Part shown: in pieces, positions 39,684-49,234 of the stretch
Position numbering within the stretch: position 1 is the first letter of the stretch
How the letters are laid out: the number at the start of each line of letters is the position of its first letter
Assembly (NCBI GenBank): GCA_050184415.1
Contig: JBFXAJ010000009.1
Coordinates: 7,494 to 71,493, forward strand
Source of the DNA: Bauldia sp.
GTDB taxonomy: Bacteria; Pseudomonadota; Alphaproteobacteria; Rhizobiales; Kaistiaceae
Length of the DNA stretch: 64,000 nt
Direction: 5' to 3'
Notes under the pieces: generated by a model
Databases searched by the model: none
What the model was told of the DNA's origin: nothing
The model's input: the letters and a program-made list of their open reading frames with translations, nothing else
Made by a program: the position numbers and the translations under genes

Positions 39684-40952
39684 CTATCGAGCGGAGCGGA
39701 GGTGCTGCAACAGGAGGTTGGAGGGATAGCCGTCCTGCGTCAGGCCCGCCATCCGCTGGTAGCTCCGGATGGCCGAGCGGGTGCCGTTCCCGACCACCGC
39801 GTCGATCGGCCCTTCATAGAGGCCGAGGCGGGCGAGGAGCTGCTGGAGCTCGTAGCGCTGGCTTTCGTTGAGCGGGCTCGCGTCGCGCACCCAGGCCTGG
39901 CGGAATTCGCCGAACCCCTGCAGCCGGTCCGCGAGATGGCCGACCGCGAGCGCGTAGGAATTGGCGTTGTTGTACCGCTTGATGACCCGGAAATTGTCGA
40001 GGAGCAGGAAGGCCGGGCCGTTGGCGCCCGCCGGCGCCCATAGCGTCGCCTGGTCGCCGGGCCGCGGGAAATCGGCGCCGGAGGCGCGGAGGACGCCCAT
40101 CGTCCGCCACTGGGCGATCGACCGCTGGTCGCCGCTGTCGGCCTGAGTATAGTCGAAGCCTGCGGGGAGCCTGACCTCGTAGCCCCAGGTTTCGCCGGCC
40201 TGCCACCCCATGGCGTCGAGATAGGCGGCGGTCGAGGCAAGCGCGTCGACCGGCGACGACCAGACGTCTCGGCGCCCGTCACGGTCCCAGTCGACCGCAT
40301 AGGCTTCGAAGGTCGTGGGGATGAACTGGGTGTGGCCCATCGCCCCCGCCCACGACCCCGTCATGGCCGCCGGCGAGATGTCGCCCCGCTGCAGGATCTT
40401 GAGGGCGGCGATGAGCTGCGTCTCGCCGTAGCGCTGGCGGGAGCCGCCCATATAGGCGAGCGTCGCCAGCGAGCGGATCGTCGGCTTGACGATGTTGCGG
40501 TTGTCCAGCACCGCGCCATAGGAGCTTTCCATGCCCCAGATGGCGAGAATGACGTAGCGGTTGACGCCGTAATGCGCCTCGAGCTGGGCGAGGAGGTTGC
40601 CCCATTGCGGGATCTTGGCGACGCCGTTCGCGACGCGCTCGGCGGAGACCGCGCTATCGAGATAGTCCCAGATCGGGCGCACGAATTCCGGCTGGTTGGT
40701 CGCCGAGGGGACGATCGACGGGTCCGGCTCGAAATTGCCGAGCGCCGCCGAGTAGGTCGCCCAGGTCACGCCGGCGGCCTCCGCCCGCGGCCAGAAGGCC
40801 TGCACCCAGCGGTCCGACGCGGCGTCCGCCCGGGCGGCGTTGCCCGTCAGCAGCACCGTTGCGACAGCCGCGCCGACAAGTGCCAGCCGCGATCGGCGAA
40901 GGGCCGCCAGACCGGCTTCCACGGAGCGAGCGAGTCCTGATCTGTTACCCAT
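39684..40952 (-). CDS. Lytic murein transglycosylase (MltB-like) with C-terminal peptidoglycan-binding domain
   Basis: AIWGMESSYG and GAMGHTQFIP catalytic blocks. The C-terminal LGLYEGPIDAVVGNGTRSAIRSYQ is a PG_binding_1 repeat. Start is ATG 40952 or GTG 40961. Confidence 0.8.
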   Translation of the reverse strand: MGNRSGLARSVEAGLAALRRSRLALVGAAVATVLLTGNAARADAASDRWVQAFWPRAEAAGVTWATYSAALGNFEPDPSIVPSATNQPEFVRPIWDYLDSAVSAERVANGVAKIPQWGNLLAQLEAHYGVNRYVILAIWGMESSYGAVLDNRNIVKPTIRSLATLAYMGGSRQRYGETQLIAALKILQRGDISPAAMTGSWAGAMGHTQFIPTTFEAYAVDWDRDGRRDVWSSPVDALASTAAYLDAMGWQAGETWGYEVRLPAGFDYTQADSGDQRSIAQWRTMGVLRASGADFPRPGDQATLWAPAGANGPAFLLLDNFRVIKRYNNANSYALAVGHLADRLQGFGEFRQAWVRDASPLNESQRYELQQLLARLGLYEGPIDAVVGNGTRSAIRSYQRMAGLTQDGYPSNLLLQHLRSAR

Positions 40953-41013
40953 TTGACACACTCAAGCGATTTTTGACTGCACAGTTGGACAAAAAAGGGG
41001 CGATCCGACCCCG

Positions 41014-42006
41014 CTATTCGCGCTGGTTGCGGTGGGTCAGCGCTTCCTCCCAGTCGAGCGCGGTGCGGATGATGAAATCGAGGTCGTCGTGCTGCGGCGT
41101 CCAGTCGAACGTCCTGCGGATCAGGCCGGGGTCGCCGACGAGGGTCGGCGGATCGCCGGGCCGGCGGTCGGCCATGGTGACGTTGAGCGTCTTGCCCGAG
41201 ACGCGGCTGACGGAGTCGAGCACCTCGAGGACTGAATAGCCGTGGCCGTAGCTGCAATTGGCGACGATGCTGTCGCCGCCCTTGCGGAGGTAGGTGAGCG
41301 CGGCGAGGTGGGCGTGGCTGAGATCGGTGACGTGGATGTAGTCGCGGACTCCGGTGCCGTCCGGGGTCGGGTAGTCGGTGCCGAAGACCTCCACGCCCTT
41401 GCGCTTGCCGAGCGCCGCTTCCGCCGCGACCTTGATGAGGTGCGTTGCCCCGCGGGTGGACTGCCCGGTCCGTCCCTTCGGATCGGCGCCCGCGACGTTG
41501 AAATAGCGCAGGGCGACGTAGTCGAAATCGTAGGCGACCGCCGTATCGGCGAGCATCACCTCCGTCATCCGCTTCGACCAGCCATAGGGCGACGGCGGCG
41601 CCTTCGGCGCCTCCTCGATGATGGGCGTCGGAACGTTGAGCGCGTAAACCGTCGCGGTCGAGGAGAAGACGAAATTCTTGACCCCGGTCTCGACTGCGGT
41701 CTCGATCAGGGTGCGCGATTTGACGGTGTTGTTCAGATAGTAGCGAAGCGGCTGGGCGACGGATTCGGGGACGATGACGGAGCCCGCGAAATGGATGATG
41801 GCGTCGATGTCGCGGCTGCGGACGATCTCTGCAAGAAGGGGCCCGTCGCCGACGTCGCCCGTCACGAGCTCGGCTTCGGGCGGCAAGGCCCAGCGGAACC
41901 CGGTCGACAGATTGTCGACGACGACCACCTTCTCGCCGGAATCGACGAGATCCCAGACGACGTGACTCCCGATGTAGCCGGCCCCGCCCGTCACGAGGAT
42001 CGTCAT
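41014..42006 (-). CDS. galE: UDP-glucose 4-epimerase
   Basis: 330 aa with Rossmann motif ILVTGGAGYIGSH and the YGxSK catalytic region (PYGWSKRM). Confidence 0.9.
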   Translation of the reverse strand: MTILVTGGAGYIGSHVVWDLVDSGEKVVVVDNLSTGFRWALPPEAELVTGDVGDGPLLAEIVRSRDIDAIIHFAGSVIVPESVAQPLRYYLNNTVKSRTLIETAVETGVKNFVFSSTATVYALNVPTPIIEEAPKAPPSPYGWSKRMTEVMLADTAVAYDFDYVALRYFNVAGADPKGRTGQSTRGATHLIKVAAEAALGKRKGVEVFGTDYPTPDGTGVRDYIHVTDLSHAHLAALTYLRKGGDSIVANCSYGHGYSVLEVLDSVSRVSGKTLNVTMADRRPGDPPTLVGDPGLIRRTFDWTPQHDDLDFIIRTALDWEEALTHRNQRE

Positions 42007-42150
42007 CTTCAGTCCATTCTCGATTGGCGGATTGCCGCCCCGGCGGAAGAGAGTGGAGTGAAGTCGTTGACGATTTGTTAGCCTTACCCGGACTGCCGTT
42101 CAGACCTCGGCCAACGCCCGGACCAACACAGAACAAGGGGAAGAAAGTCC

Positions 42151-43056
42151 ATGCCCGATCCGATCAGGACCGCCGTCATCCCGGTGGCCGGCCTCGGCAC
42201 CCGGTTCCTGCCGGCCACCAAGGCGATCCCGAAGGAAATGCTCCCGGTCGTGGACCGGCCCCTGATCCAGTACGCGGTCGACGAGGCGCGCGAGGCCGGA
42301 ATCGAGCACTTCGTATTCGTCACCGGCCGCAACAAGGCGGTGATCGAGGACTATTTCGACAACCAGTTCGAGCTCGAGGCGACGCTCAAGGAGCGCGGCA
42401 AGCTGAAGGACCTCGCGCGCCTTCACGCCGACAAGCTGCCGCCGGGCGCGGCGAGCTTCACCCGCCAGCAATTGCCCGCGGGCCTCGGCCATGCGGTGTG
42501 GTGCGCGCGCGAGATCGTGGGGCAGCATCCCTTCGCGGTGCTCCTGCCGGACATGCTGCTGCAATCGACGCCCGGCTGCCTCGCCCAGATGGTGGCGGCC
42601 TATGCCGAGATTGGCGGCAACATCCTCGCCCTCAGCGAATGCGACCCGCAGAAGACGCAGGAATACGGCATCGTCGCCATCGGCGAGGCCGTCGGCCCCG
42701 CCTATGCGATCACCGCGATGGTCGAGAAGCCGCGGCCCGAGGACGCGCCGTCGAACCTCTACATCAACGGCCGCTACATCTTTCAGCCCGAGATCTTCGT
42801 CGAGCTGTCGCAGCATCGCGCGGGGGCCGGCGGCGAGATCCAGCTCACCGACGCCATGATCCACCTCGCCGAGCGGCAGCCGATCTACGGCCTCCGCTAT
42901 CACGGCCGGACGTTCGACTGCGGGTCGAAGGGCGGCTTCCTCGCCGCCAATTACGCCTACGCGCTGCGGCGGCCGGACATCGCGGACGAGCTCCGCGCCG
43001 AATTCGCCAAGCTGCTCGGATCGATCGAGGCCGAGCACGCCGCCGCGCAGCACTGA
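42151..43056 (+). CDS. galU: UTP--glucose-1-phosphate uridylyltransferase
   Basis: 301 aa; AVIPVAGLGTRFLPATKAIPKEMLPVVD signature. Confidence 0.9.
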   Translation: MPDPIRTAVIPVAGLGTRFLPATKAIPKEMLPVVDRPLIQYAVDEAREAGIEHFVFVTGRNKAVIEDYFDNQFELEATLKERGKLKDLARLHADKLPPGAASFTRQQLPAGLGHAVWCAREIVGQHPFAVLLPDMLLQSTPGCLAQMVAAYAEIGGNILALSECDPQKTQEYGIVAIGEAVGPAYAITAMVEKPRPEDAPSNLYINGRYIFQPEIFVELSQHRAGAGGEIQLTDAMIHLAERQPIYGLRYHGRTFDCGSKGGFLAANYAYALRRPDIADELRAEFAKLLGSIEAEHAAAQH

Positions 43057-43072
43057 AAAGTCACGCCAAAGC

Positions 43073-43099
43073 AAAAGGCGCGCCCGGGGCGCGCCTTTT
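43073..43099. terminator. Bidirectional terminator between galU and rpmE
   Basis: Perfect palindrome aaaaggcgcgcc-cggg-ggcgcgcctttt with A-run and T-run flanks. Confidence 0.8.
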
Positions 43100-43127
43100 C
43101 CCTAACGTCGATGGACGCTGCGGCAGG

Positions 43128-43358
43128 CTACTTCTTGGTGCCCGTCAGGCCGGCGAAGCGCGAGTTGAAGCGCGAGACGCGGCCGCCGCGATCGAGGAGC
43201 TGCTGCGAGCCGCCGGTCCAGGCCGGATGGGTCTTGGAGTCGATGTCGAGGCGGAGCGTGTCGCCCTCTGCGCCCCAGGTCGAACGCGTCGTGTATTCGG
43301 TGCCGTCGGTCATCACCACTTTGATGGTGTGATAGTCCGGGTGGATTTCCTTCTTCAT
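43128..43358 (-). CDS. rpmE: 50S ribosomal protein L31 (Cys-less form)
   Basis: Start at [10 protein letters not shown].... The protein ends ...[19 protein letters not shown] and has no CxxC zinc motif. Confidence 0.9.
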   Translation of the reverse strand: MKKEIHPDYHTIKVVMTDGTEYTTRSTWGAEGDTLRLDIDSKTHPAWTGGSQQLLDRGGRVSRFNSRFAGLTGTKK

Positions 43359-43475
43359 CGTTCGGCTCGGCAAAATGGAGGTTTCGCCGGGCGCGCGATC
43401 GGGGCCGGCTCTTTGGGCGCGATCCTATAGACGAGGGCGCCGACCCTCGCAAGGCACGCCGATCGACGCGGCGCG

Positions 43476-43709
43476 TCAGAGGACGCCCGGCTTGCAGATC
43501 TGGCAGAAACCGGAGTCGGTGACGCCGGGATAGCGCCGCTCGATGTAAGCACGCGCGTCCTCCGGGGTCGTGAACGGGCCTTCCCATTCCGGTCCGGGCT
43601 CGCCAGTCGTCCGCGCGGCGAGGCTCTCACCCTCGTCGCAATGCAGGCACGCCTCGTCATGGACCCGAGCGCGCTTGCGGTCTTTCGAATGCGAGATGAA
43701 GAACGCCAT
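43476..43709 (-). CDS. Small hypothetical protein with two CxxC pairs
   Basis: 77 aa from the ATG preceded by ggagga. Contains CLHC and CQIC. Confidence 0.55.
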   Translation of the reverse strand: MAFFISHSKDRKRARVHDEACLHCDEGESLAARTTGEPGPEWEGPFTTPEDARAYIERRYPGVTDSGFCQICKPGVL

Positions 43710-43797
43710 ACTGTCAGTCCTCCGACGATCCAGCATATCGAAGGGACCGACTGCGTGCACGGCCGGCACCATCTCCATAGACACTTGAGGTGAGACG

Positions 43798-44313
43798 ATG
43801 CGCATTCGCGGCTACATGGCGAGCACGGTCGACGGCTACATCGCCGACACGGATGGCGGTTTCGGCTTCCTGGACCCGTTCAATTCCGTCGAGGCCGGCT
43901 ATGATCGCTTCTTCGCTGGCATCGGAACGGTGGTGATGGGCCGCACCACATACGACCAGGTACAGGCGATGGGCTGGCCCTATGCGGGTCGGCGCGGCAT
44001 CATCGTCACGAGCTCTCCGCTCCAGGAACCGCCCGCCGGCGTCGAAGCCTGGACGAAACCTGTGCCGGCGCTGATCGCTGAACTCCGCGCGTCGGACGAC
44101 AAGAGGGACGCGTGGGTCGTCGGCGGAGCGCGCCTCCAGGCCGAGTTCATCGCGGCCGATGCGCTCGATACCCTCGACATGTTCGTGGTGCCGCTGCTCC
44201 TCGGTGACGGAATAAGGATGTTTCCGCGGGGCGGACCGGCGCGATCGCTGCGGCTCCATCTCGTCGAGGGCCTCGGCAAGGGAATGGTGAGGCTCAGCTA
44301 TATCGCGGCCTGA
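43798..44313 (+). CDS. Dihydrofolate-reductase-like (RibD C-terminal domain) protein
   Basis: 171 aa; STVDGYIADTDGG...GRTTYD... pattern. Paralogous in type to 31337-31921. Confidence 0.75.
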   Translation: MRIRGYMASTVDGYIADTDGGFGFLDPFNSVEAGYDRFFAGIGTVVMGRTTYDQVQAMGWPYAGRRGIIVTSSPLQEPPAGVEAWTKPVPALIAELRASDDKRDAWVVGGARLQAEFIAADALDTLDMFVVPLLLGDGIRMFPRGGPARSLRLHLVEGLGKGMVRLSYIAA

Positions 44314-44370
44314 GCGGCGATTGCCTGGCGCTCCTGCGGCGGCTATCGCTTCGGGGTCACGGAGGCCCGC

Positions 44371-45156
44371 ATGCCGGCGAAAGAGAGCGTCGCGATCGTC
44401 ACCGGCGGCGCCAGAGGAATCGGCCTTGCGGTCGTCCAGCGCCTCATGCGCGAAGGCGTGTGCGTGATCCTGGCCGACAATGATCCCGTCGCCGGGAAGG
44501 CGGCGGAGGAAAGCCTCAAGGGCGCCGGCCCGCTCCGCTTCATGGAGTGCGACGTCACCGAGCGCCTCGACATCCACAATCTTCTCGCCGCGGCACTCGA
44601 CTCGTTCGGCCGGATCGACAGCCTCGTGAACTGCGCGGGCATCGACCCGACGCGGCCGTTTCTCGAGATGACGGAGGAGGAATTCGACGCGGTGCTGCGC
44701 GTCAACCTCAAGGGTCAGTTCCTCGCCGGACAGGCGGTCGCACGCCACCTCGTCCAGCGCGTTGAGTCCGGTGGGGCCCCGGGCGCGATCGTCAACCTCG
44801 CGTCGGTCGATGCGATCATCGCCCGGCCCGACCATCTCGCTTATGCGGTGTCGAAGGGCGCGGTCGTCCAGTTGACGCGCGCGATGGCGGTGACGCTCGC
44901 GCCCTACGGCATCCGCGTCAACGCGATCGGTCCCGGCGCGATCAGGACCGAGGTCCCGGCCGAGGCGGTGACAGAGCCAGAGTTCCGGCGGAAGAAGCTG
45001 TCGCGTGTGCCGCTCGGCCGCCTCGGCGAGCCCGAGGAGGTGGCGGCCTTGGCCGCCTTCCTCATCTCCGATGAGGCGACCTATGTCACCGGCCAGACCG
45101 TCTATGTGGATGGCGGGTTGCTGCCGCTCTCGGGACCCGCGCCGGCGCGCGGCTAG
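44371..45156 (+). CDS. SDR-family oxidoreductase
   Basis: 261 aa with TGGARGIG cofactor motif and YAVSK catalytic motif. Confidence 0.85.
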   Translation: MPAKESVAIVTGGARGIGLAVVQRLMREGVCVILADNDPVAGKAAEESLKGAGPLRFMECDVTERLDIHNLLAAALDSFGRIDSLVNCAGIDPTRPFLEMTEEEFDAVLRVNLKGQFLAGQAVARHLVQRVESGGAPGAIVNLASVDAIIARPDHLAYAVSKGAVVQLTRAMAVTLAPYGIRVNAIGPGAIRTEVPAEAVTEPEFRRKKLSRVPLGRLGEPEEVAALAAFLISDEATYVTGQTVYVDGGLLPLSGPAPARG

Positions 45157-45167
45157 CGCGGAGCCGC

Positions 45168-45863
45168 CTACGAGTCGGATGCGCTCTTGATCGACTTCAG
45201 CTTGGCGAACACGGCATCGGCGTCGAGTTCGGCGTCGCCGCCGGTCCGCCGTCGCGCCGCGGCCGCAAGGGCCTCCGCCGCAGTCGTTTCGCTCGCCGGG
45301 AGGAGCGTCGGGCCGCCTGCGGGGACCTCCTGCGGCGGCAGGCCCTTGGCGGCCTTCTCGACCTCCATGTCGAGGTCGATCTGCGAGCAGAGACCGAGGG
45401 TGACCGGATCCATCGGCGTAAGGTTGTTCGAGTTCCAGTGCGTCCGGTTGCGGATCGCATCGATCGTCGGCTTGGTCGTACCGACGAGGCGCGAGATCTG
45501 GGCGTCCTTGAGCTCCGGGTGGTAGCGCAGCAGCCACAGCACCGCATTCGGCCGGTCATGACGGCGCGAGACGGGCGTGTAGCGCGGCCCCTTCCGCTTC
45601 ACGGTCGGTACGCGGACTTTCGGGTCGGAGATCTTGAGGCGGTAGCCGGTGTCGGCCTCGCCCTTGGCGATTTCCTCCCGCGTGAGCTGCCCGGTCGAGA
45701 CCGGGTCGAGCCCCTTGACGCTCATCGCGGCCTCGCCATCGGCGATCGCCTTCACCTCAAGCGGATGGAGGGCGCAGAAATCGGCGATCTGCTGGAAGCT
45801 CAGCGCGGTGTTCTCGACCAGCCACACGGCGGTTGCTTTGGGCATCAAGAGGGAAGTGGACAT
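45168..45863 (-). CDS. DUF1013-family protein (alphaproteobacteria-specific, HTH-like)
   Basis: 231 aa. MPKATAVWLVENTALSFQQIADFCALHPLEVKAIADGE and a second similar repeat (...LVGTTKPTIDAIRNRTHWN). Confidence 0.7.
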   Translation of the reverse strand: MSTSLLMPKATAVWLVENTALSFQQIADFCALHPLEVKAIADGEAAMSVKGLDPVSTGQLTREEIAKGEADTGYRLKISDPKVRVPTVKRKGPRYTPVSRRHDRPNAVLWLLRYHPELKDAQISRLVGTTKPTIDAIRNRTHWNSNNLTPMDPVTLGLCSQIDLDMEVEKAAKGLPPQEVPAGGPTLLPASETTAAEALAAAARRRTGGDAELDADAVFAKLKSIKSASDS

Positions 45864-46004
45864 AGGGCCTCCTCGTTGCTCCGCCCGTTCCGGCGGAGCC
45901 CCAGCGACGGCAATTTTGCTTGGGGATGCCTTCTATATAGGTGGCACGCATGCCGATGGCAAACCGGGCTCCGCCCATCGGCTGGGCTCCGCTTTTGAGC
46001 ATCC

Positions 46005-46146
46005 GCCTTGAGGGGAGGCGGAAGCTCGCGACTGCAAGGAGCAAGCTTCGGTGGGGGTCGCGGCGATTCAACGATCACCGCCATCGATGGTCCCAGCCGC
46101 CCACCCGAACGGGCTTCGCCCGATCGACCTCCCCACAAGGGGGAGG
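46005..46146. repeat. REP-like repeat cluster
   Basis: Contains the hairpin acctcccc-acaa-ggggaggt (46127-46146). It also has a diverged, inverted version of the GCTTGCTCC..GCAAGC block seen at 19110-19125 and 62185-62200. Confidence 0.5.
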
Positions 46147-46187
46147 TTCGGCGGAGTATGGTGCGAACGTGTGCGAGCCGGCTAGGC

Positions 46188-47186
46188 CTACACGACGAGC
46201 ATCACCTTGCCGATATGCTCGCCCGCCTCGACGCGCCGGTGGGCCTCGCTGGCGGCATCGAGGGGGAAGGTCGAATCGATGATCGGGCGTACGGTGCCGG
46301 CGGCGAGCAGCGGCCAGACCTTCGCTCCCAGCTGGGCCGCGATGGCCGCTTTCACCGCGATGGTCCGCGGCCGGAGCGTCGATCCGGTGTGCGTGAGCCG
46401 CTTCACCATCAGCGGCATGAAATCCACCGGCGCGGCCGAGCCGCCGAGAAAGGCGATCTGGGCGATGCGGCCATCGCGCGCGGCGGCGGCGTAGTTCCGC
46501 GCGATGTAGTCGCCCCCGACGATGTCGAGGATGACATCGACACCGCGGCCATCGGTGAAGTCCTTGACAGCCTTGACGAAATCCTGGTCGCGATAGTTGA
46601 TCGCAAGATCCGCTCCGAGGGCACGGCAGGCTTCGGCCTTGGCGTCGCTGCCGACCGTGACGATGACGATCGCGCCGAAGGCCTTCCCGAGCTGGATCGC
46701 GACGGTGCCGATGCCGGAGCTGCCGCCATGGACAAGGAGCGTCTCACCCTGCTCGAGCCGACAGCGGTCGAACACGTTCGACCACACAGTGAAGAACGTT
46801 TCCGGCAAGGCGGCCGACTGGACCATGTCGAAGCCGTCGGGGAGCGGCAGTGCGTGGCTCGCATGGGCGAGGCAGTACTCGGCGTAGCCGCCGCCGGGGA
46901 CGAGCGCCGTGACGCGGTCGCCGACGGCGCGGTCGACGGTGTTCGGGCCGCGGTCGACGATGGTGCCGGCAATCTCGAGGCCCGGGATCGTGGTGACGCC
47001 GGGCGGTGGCGGATAGTGGCCCTGGCGCTGGGCAATGTCCGGCCGGTTGACCCCGGCCGCCTCGACCTTGATCAGCACCTCGCCTTCCGCAGGCTCGGGC
47101 ACCGGCCGGCGTACCGGGACCAGGACCTCCGGTCCTCCGGGCTCGCGGATCAGGATGGCGTTCATGGAGTCGGGCACGGCGGGCAT
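46188..47186 (-). CDS. qor: NAD(P)H:quinone oxidoreductase (MDR superfamily)
   Basis: Start at MPAVPDSMNAILIREPGGPEVL after gaggaga. GGSSGIGTVAIQLGK cofactor motif. Confidence 0.85.
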   Translation of the reverse strand: MPAVPDSMNAILIREPGGPEVLVPVRRPVPEPAEGEVLIKVEAAGVNRPDIAQRQGHYPPPPGVTTIPGLEIAGTIVDRGPNTVDRAVGDRVTALVPGGGYAEYCLAHASHALPLPDGFDMVQSAALPETFFTVWSNVFDRCRLEQGETLLVHGGSSGIGTVAIQLGKAFGAIVIVTVGSDAKAEACRALGADLAINYRDQDFVKAVKDFTDGRGVDVILDIVGGDYIARNYAAAARDGRIAQIAFLGGSAAPVDFMPLMVKRLTHTGSTLRPRTIAVKAAIAAQLGAKVWPLLAAGTVRPIIDSTFPLDAASEAHRRVEAGEHIGKVMLVV

Positions 47187-47296
47187 GACGATGTCTCCTC
47201 GCACGGGCAGCCGATTCTGCTCCGCGGCCGGCGGCCTGACAAGGCCGGTTCCCGCCGATAGAAATCATCGGAGCGAACGGCAAGGGAGAAACGCAC

Positions 47297-47491
47297 ATGC
47301 CCCTGTTCGACGAGGAGCCGCCGCGCCCGAAGAAGGCCGCGCACACGGTCGGCGAGGACCTCGCGACGCTGTCGGAGGACGAGCTCGGCGAGCGCATCGC
47401 GCTGCTCCGTGCCGAGATCGCCCGCATCGAAGCGGTGCTCGCGTCGAAGAAGGCGAGCCGCTCCGCCGCGGCGTCGTTCTTCAAAAGCTGA
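47297..47491 (+). CDS. DUF1192-family small coiled-coil protein
   Basis: 64 aa. ...LSEDELGERIALLRAEIARIEAVLASKKASRSAA..., as in the DUF1192 family. Confidence 0.75.
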   Translation: MPLFDEEPPRPKKAAHTVGEDLATLSEDELGERIALLRAEIARIEAVLASKKASRSAAASFFKS

Positions 47492-47594
47492 GGAAAACCA
47501 CCGCGAGCATCCGAAGATCATCCTCCACAAGCCGCGTTGCGCGGGCGCCGCGGCGATGTAGAGTCCGGCCGCGGGCCGCTCGAAGGGGGCATCC

Positions 47595-48578
47595 ATGTCT
47601 ACTGGCGTCACGATCGTCGCGGTCGTCCTTGTCCTCCTGATCGTGTTCACGCTCTTCGCCGGCGTGAAGCAGGTCACGCAGGGCTACAACTACACGGTCG
47701 AGCGTTTCGGCCGGTACACGATGACCCTGAAGCCCGGCCTCAATCTCATCGTCCCGTTCATCGACCGCATCGGCGCGAAGATGAACATGATGGAGCAGGT
47801 GCTGGACGTCCCGACCCAGGAAGTCATCACCAAGGACAATGCGACGGTCTCGGTCGACGGCGTCGCCTTCTACCAGGTGCTCGACGCCGCCCGTGCCGCC
47901 TATGAGGTCAGCGGCCTCCAGAACGCGATCCTCAACATCACCATGACCAACATCCGCACGGTCATGGGCTCCCTCGATCTCGATGCCCTCCTGTCGCATC
48001 GCGACGAGATCAACGACCGCATCCTCCATGTCGTCGATGCCGCCGCCTCGCCGTGGGGCGTGAAGATGACCCGCATCGAGATCAAGGACATCGTGCCGCC
48101 GCGCGACCTCGTTGATTCGATGGGCCGCCAGATGAAGGCCGAGCGCGAGAAGCGCGCGGTCATCCTCGAGGCCGAAGGCCTGCGGCAATCTGAGATTCTG
48201 AAGGCCGAAGGGCAGAAGCAGGCCCAGATCCTCGAGGCCGAAGGTCGCCGCGAAGCCGCGTTCCGCGACGCCGAGGCCCGCGAACGCGCCGCGGAAGCCG
48301 AGGCCAAGGCAACCGAGATGGTGTCGAGCGCGATCGCCGCCGGCGACGTGCAGGCCATCAACTATTTCGTCGCCCAGCGCTACACGACCGCGCTGGAGAA
48401 GATCGCGTCCGCACCCAACCAGAAGGTGCTGATGCTGCCGGTCGAGGCGGCGTCGCTGATCGGTTCGCTGACCGGCATTGCCGAGATCGCCAAGGCGACG
48501 TTCAGCGACGGTCCGCCCCCCGCGCAGCCCTGGAGCCGGCGCTCGGTGCCGCCGTCAGCGCAGGAGCCGGGCGGCTAG
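47595..48578 (+). CDS. SPFH/Band-7 (stomatin-like) protein
   Basis: 327 aa with N-terminal TM then an SPFH core (ERFGRY...LKPGLNLIVPFID...). Confidence 0.85.
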   Translation: MSTGVTIVAVVLVLLIVFTLFAGVKQVTQGYNYTVERFGRYTMTLKPGLNLIVPFIDRIGAKMNMMEQVLDVPTQEVITKDNATVSVDGVAFYQVLDAARAAYEVSGLQNAILNITMTNIRTVMGSLDLDALLSHRDEINDRILHVVDAAASPWGVKMTRIEIKDIVPPRDLVDSMGRQMKAEREKRAVILEAEGLRQSEILKAEGQKQAQILEAEGRREAAFRDAEARERAAEAEAKATEMVSSAIAAGDVQAINYFVAQRYTTALEKIASAPNQKVLMLPVEAASLIGSLTGIAEIAKATFSDGPPPAQPWSRRSVPPSAQEPGG

Positions 48579-49034
48579 ATGGACCTTCGCGACACGCTGG
48601 CCCAGCTCGGGCCCTGGATCTGGGTCATCGGCGGCCTGATCCTCCTCGCCCTCGAGCTGGTGCTGCCCGGCGCCTTCTTCATCTGGTTCGGCATCTCGGC
48701 GATTGTCGTCGGCGCTGCTTCGATCCTGTTCGACATCGCCTGGCAGGCGCAGGTGGTTGCCTTCGGCGTCCTCGCGCTGATCCTGGTGATGTTCCTGCGG
48801 CCCTATTTCAACCGACCCAGGGCGACCGGGTCGGATGCCGCCCTCAACGATCGCGCGGCGCGCCTGCTGGGGACGAGTTACGTCCTGTCGCAGCCGATCG
48901 TGAACGGCACCGGCCGCGTCCGGATCGGCGATGCCAACTGGTTGATCGCCGGACCGGACGTTCCTTCGGGCACGCGCGTCCGCGTCGTCGGCGCCGATGG
49001 CAGCATCCTCAGGGTCGAGCCCCTCGCCGATTAG
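48579..49034 (+). CDS. NfeD-family membrane protein
   Basis: 151 aa with three hydrophobic helices plus a C-terminal OB-like domain (GTGRVRIGDANWLIAGP). Abuts the SPFH gene stop. Confidence 0.8.
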   Translation: MDLRDTLAQLGPWIWVIGGLILLALELVLPGAFFIWFGISAIVVGAASILFDIAWQAQVVAFGVLALILVMFLRPYFNRPRATGSDAALNDRAARLLGTSYVLSQPIVNGTGRVRIGDANWLIAGPDVPSGTRVRVVGADGSILRVEPLAD

Positions 49035-49045
49035 CCGAACACAAA

Positions 49046-49083
49046 AATCCGGCCGGCCACGTTTCCGTGGACCGGCCGGGATT
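49046..49083. other. Long GC hairpin (about 16 bp) downstream of nfeD
   Basis: aatccggccggccacg-tttc-cgtggaccggccgggatt. An A-run sits on the plus-strand 5' side, so the T-run follows the hairpin on the reverse strand. Confidence 0.6.
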
Positions 49084-49234
49084 CATTCGCCGCATTCCTG
49101 AGTGCGATCGCAGCTTCGCAGCTTCCACCGGGAAGAACACCTGCCTAAAAGCACAGGATCGCAGACCCGGCTGGCCGCGCTTTTGCCACATCGGTTGGGA
49201 TGCTGCGCGCGAAACAGGGAACCGCGTCGCCGGC

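Noticed and set aside
43714-45537. 607-aa reverse-strand ORF, and similar long ORFs at 56470-58326 and 58176-59870
   Set aside because: They lie antisense to well-supported genes (DHFR-like, SDR, NTase, sugE, purE, purK), have low-complexity composition and show no recognisable motifs.
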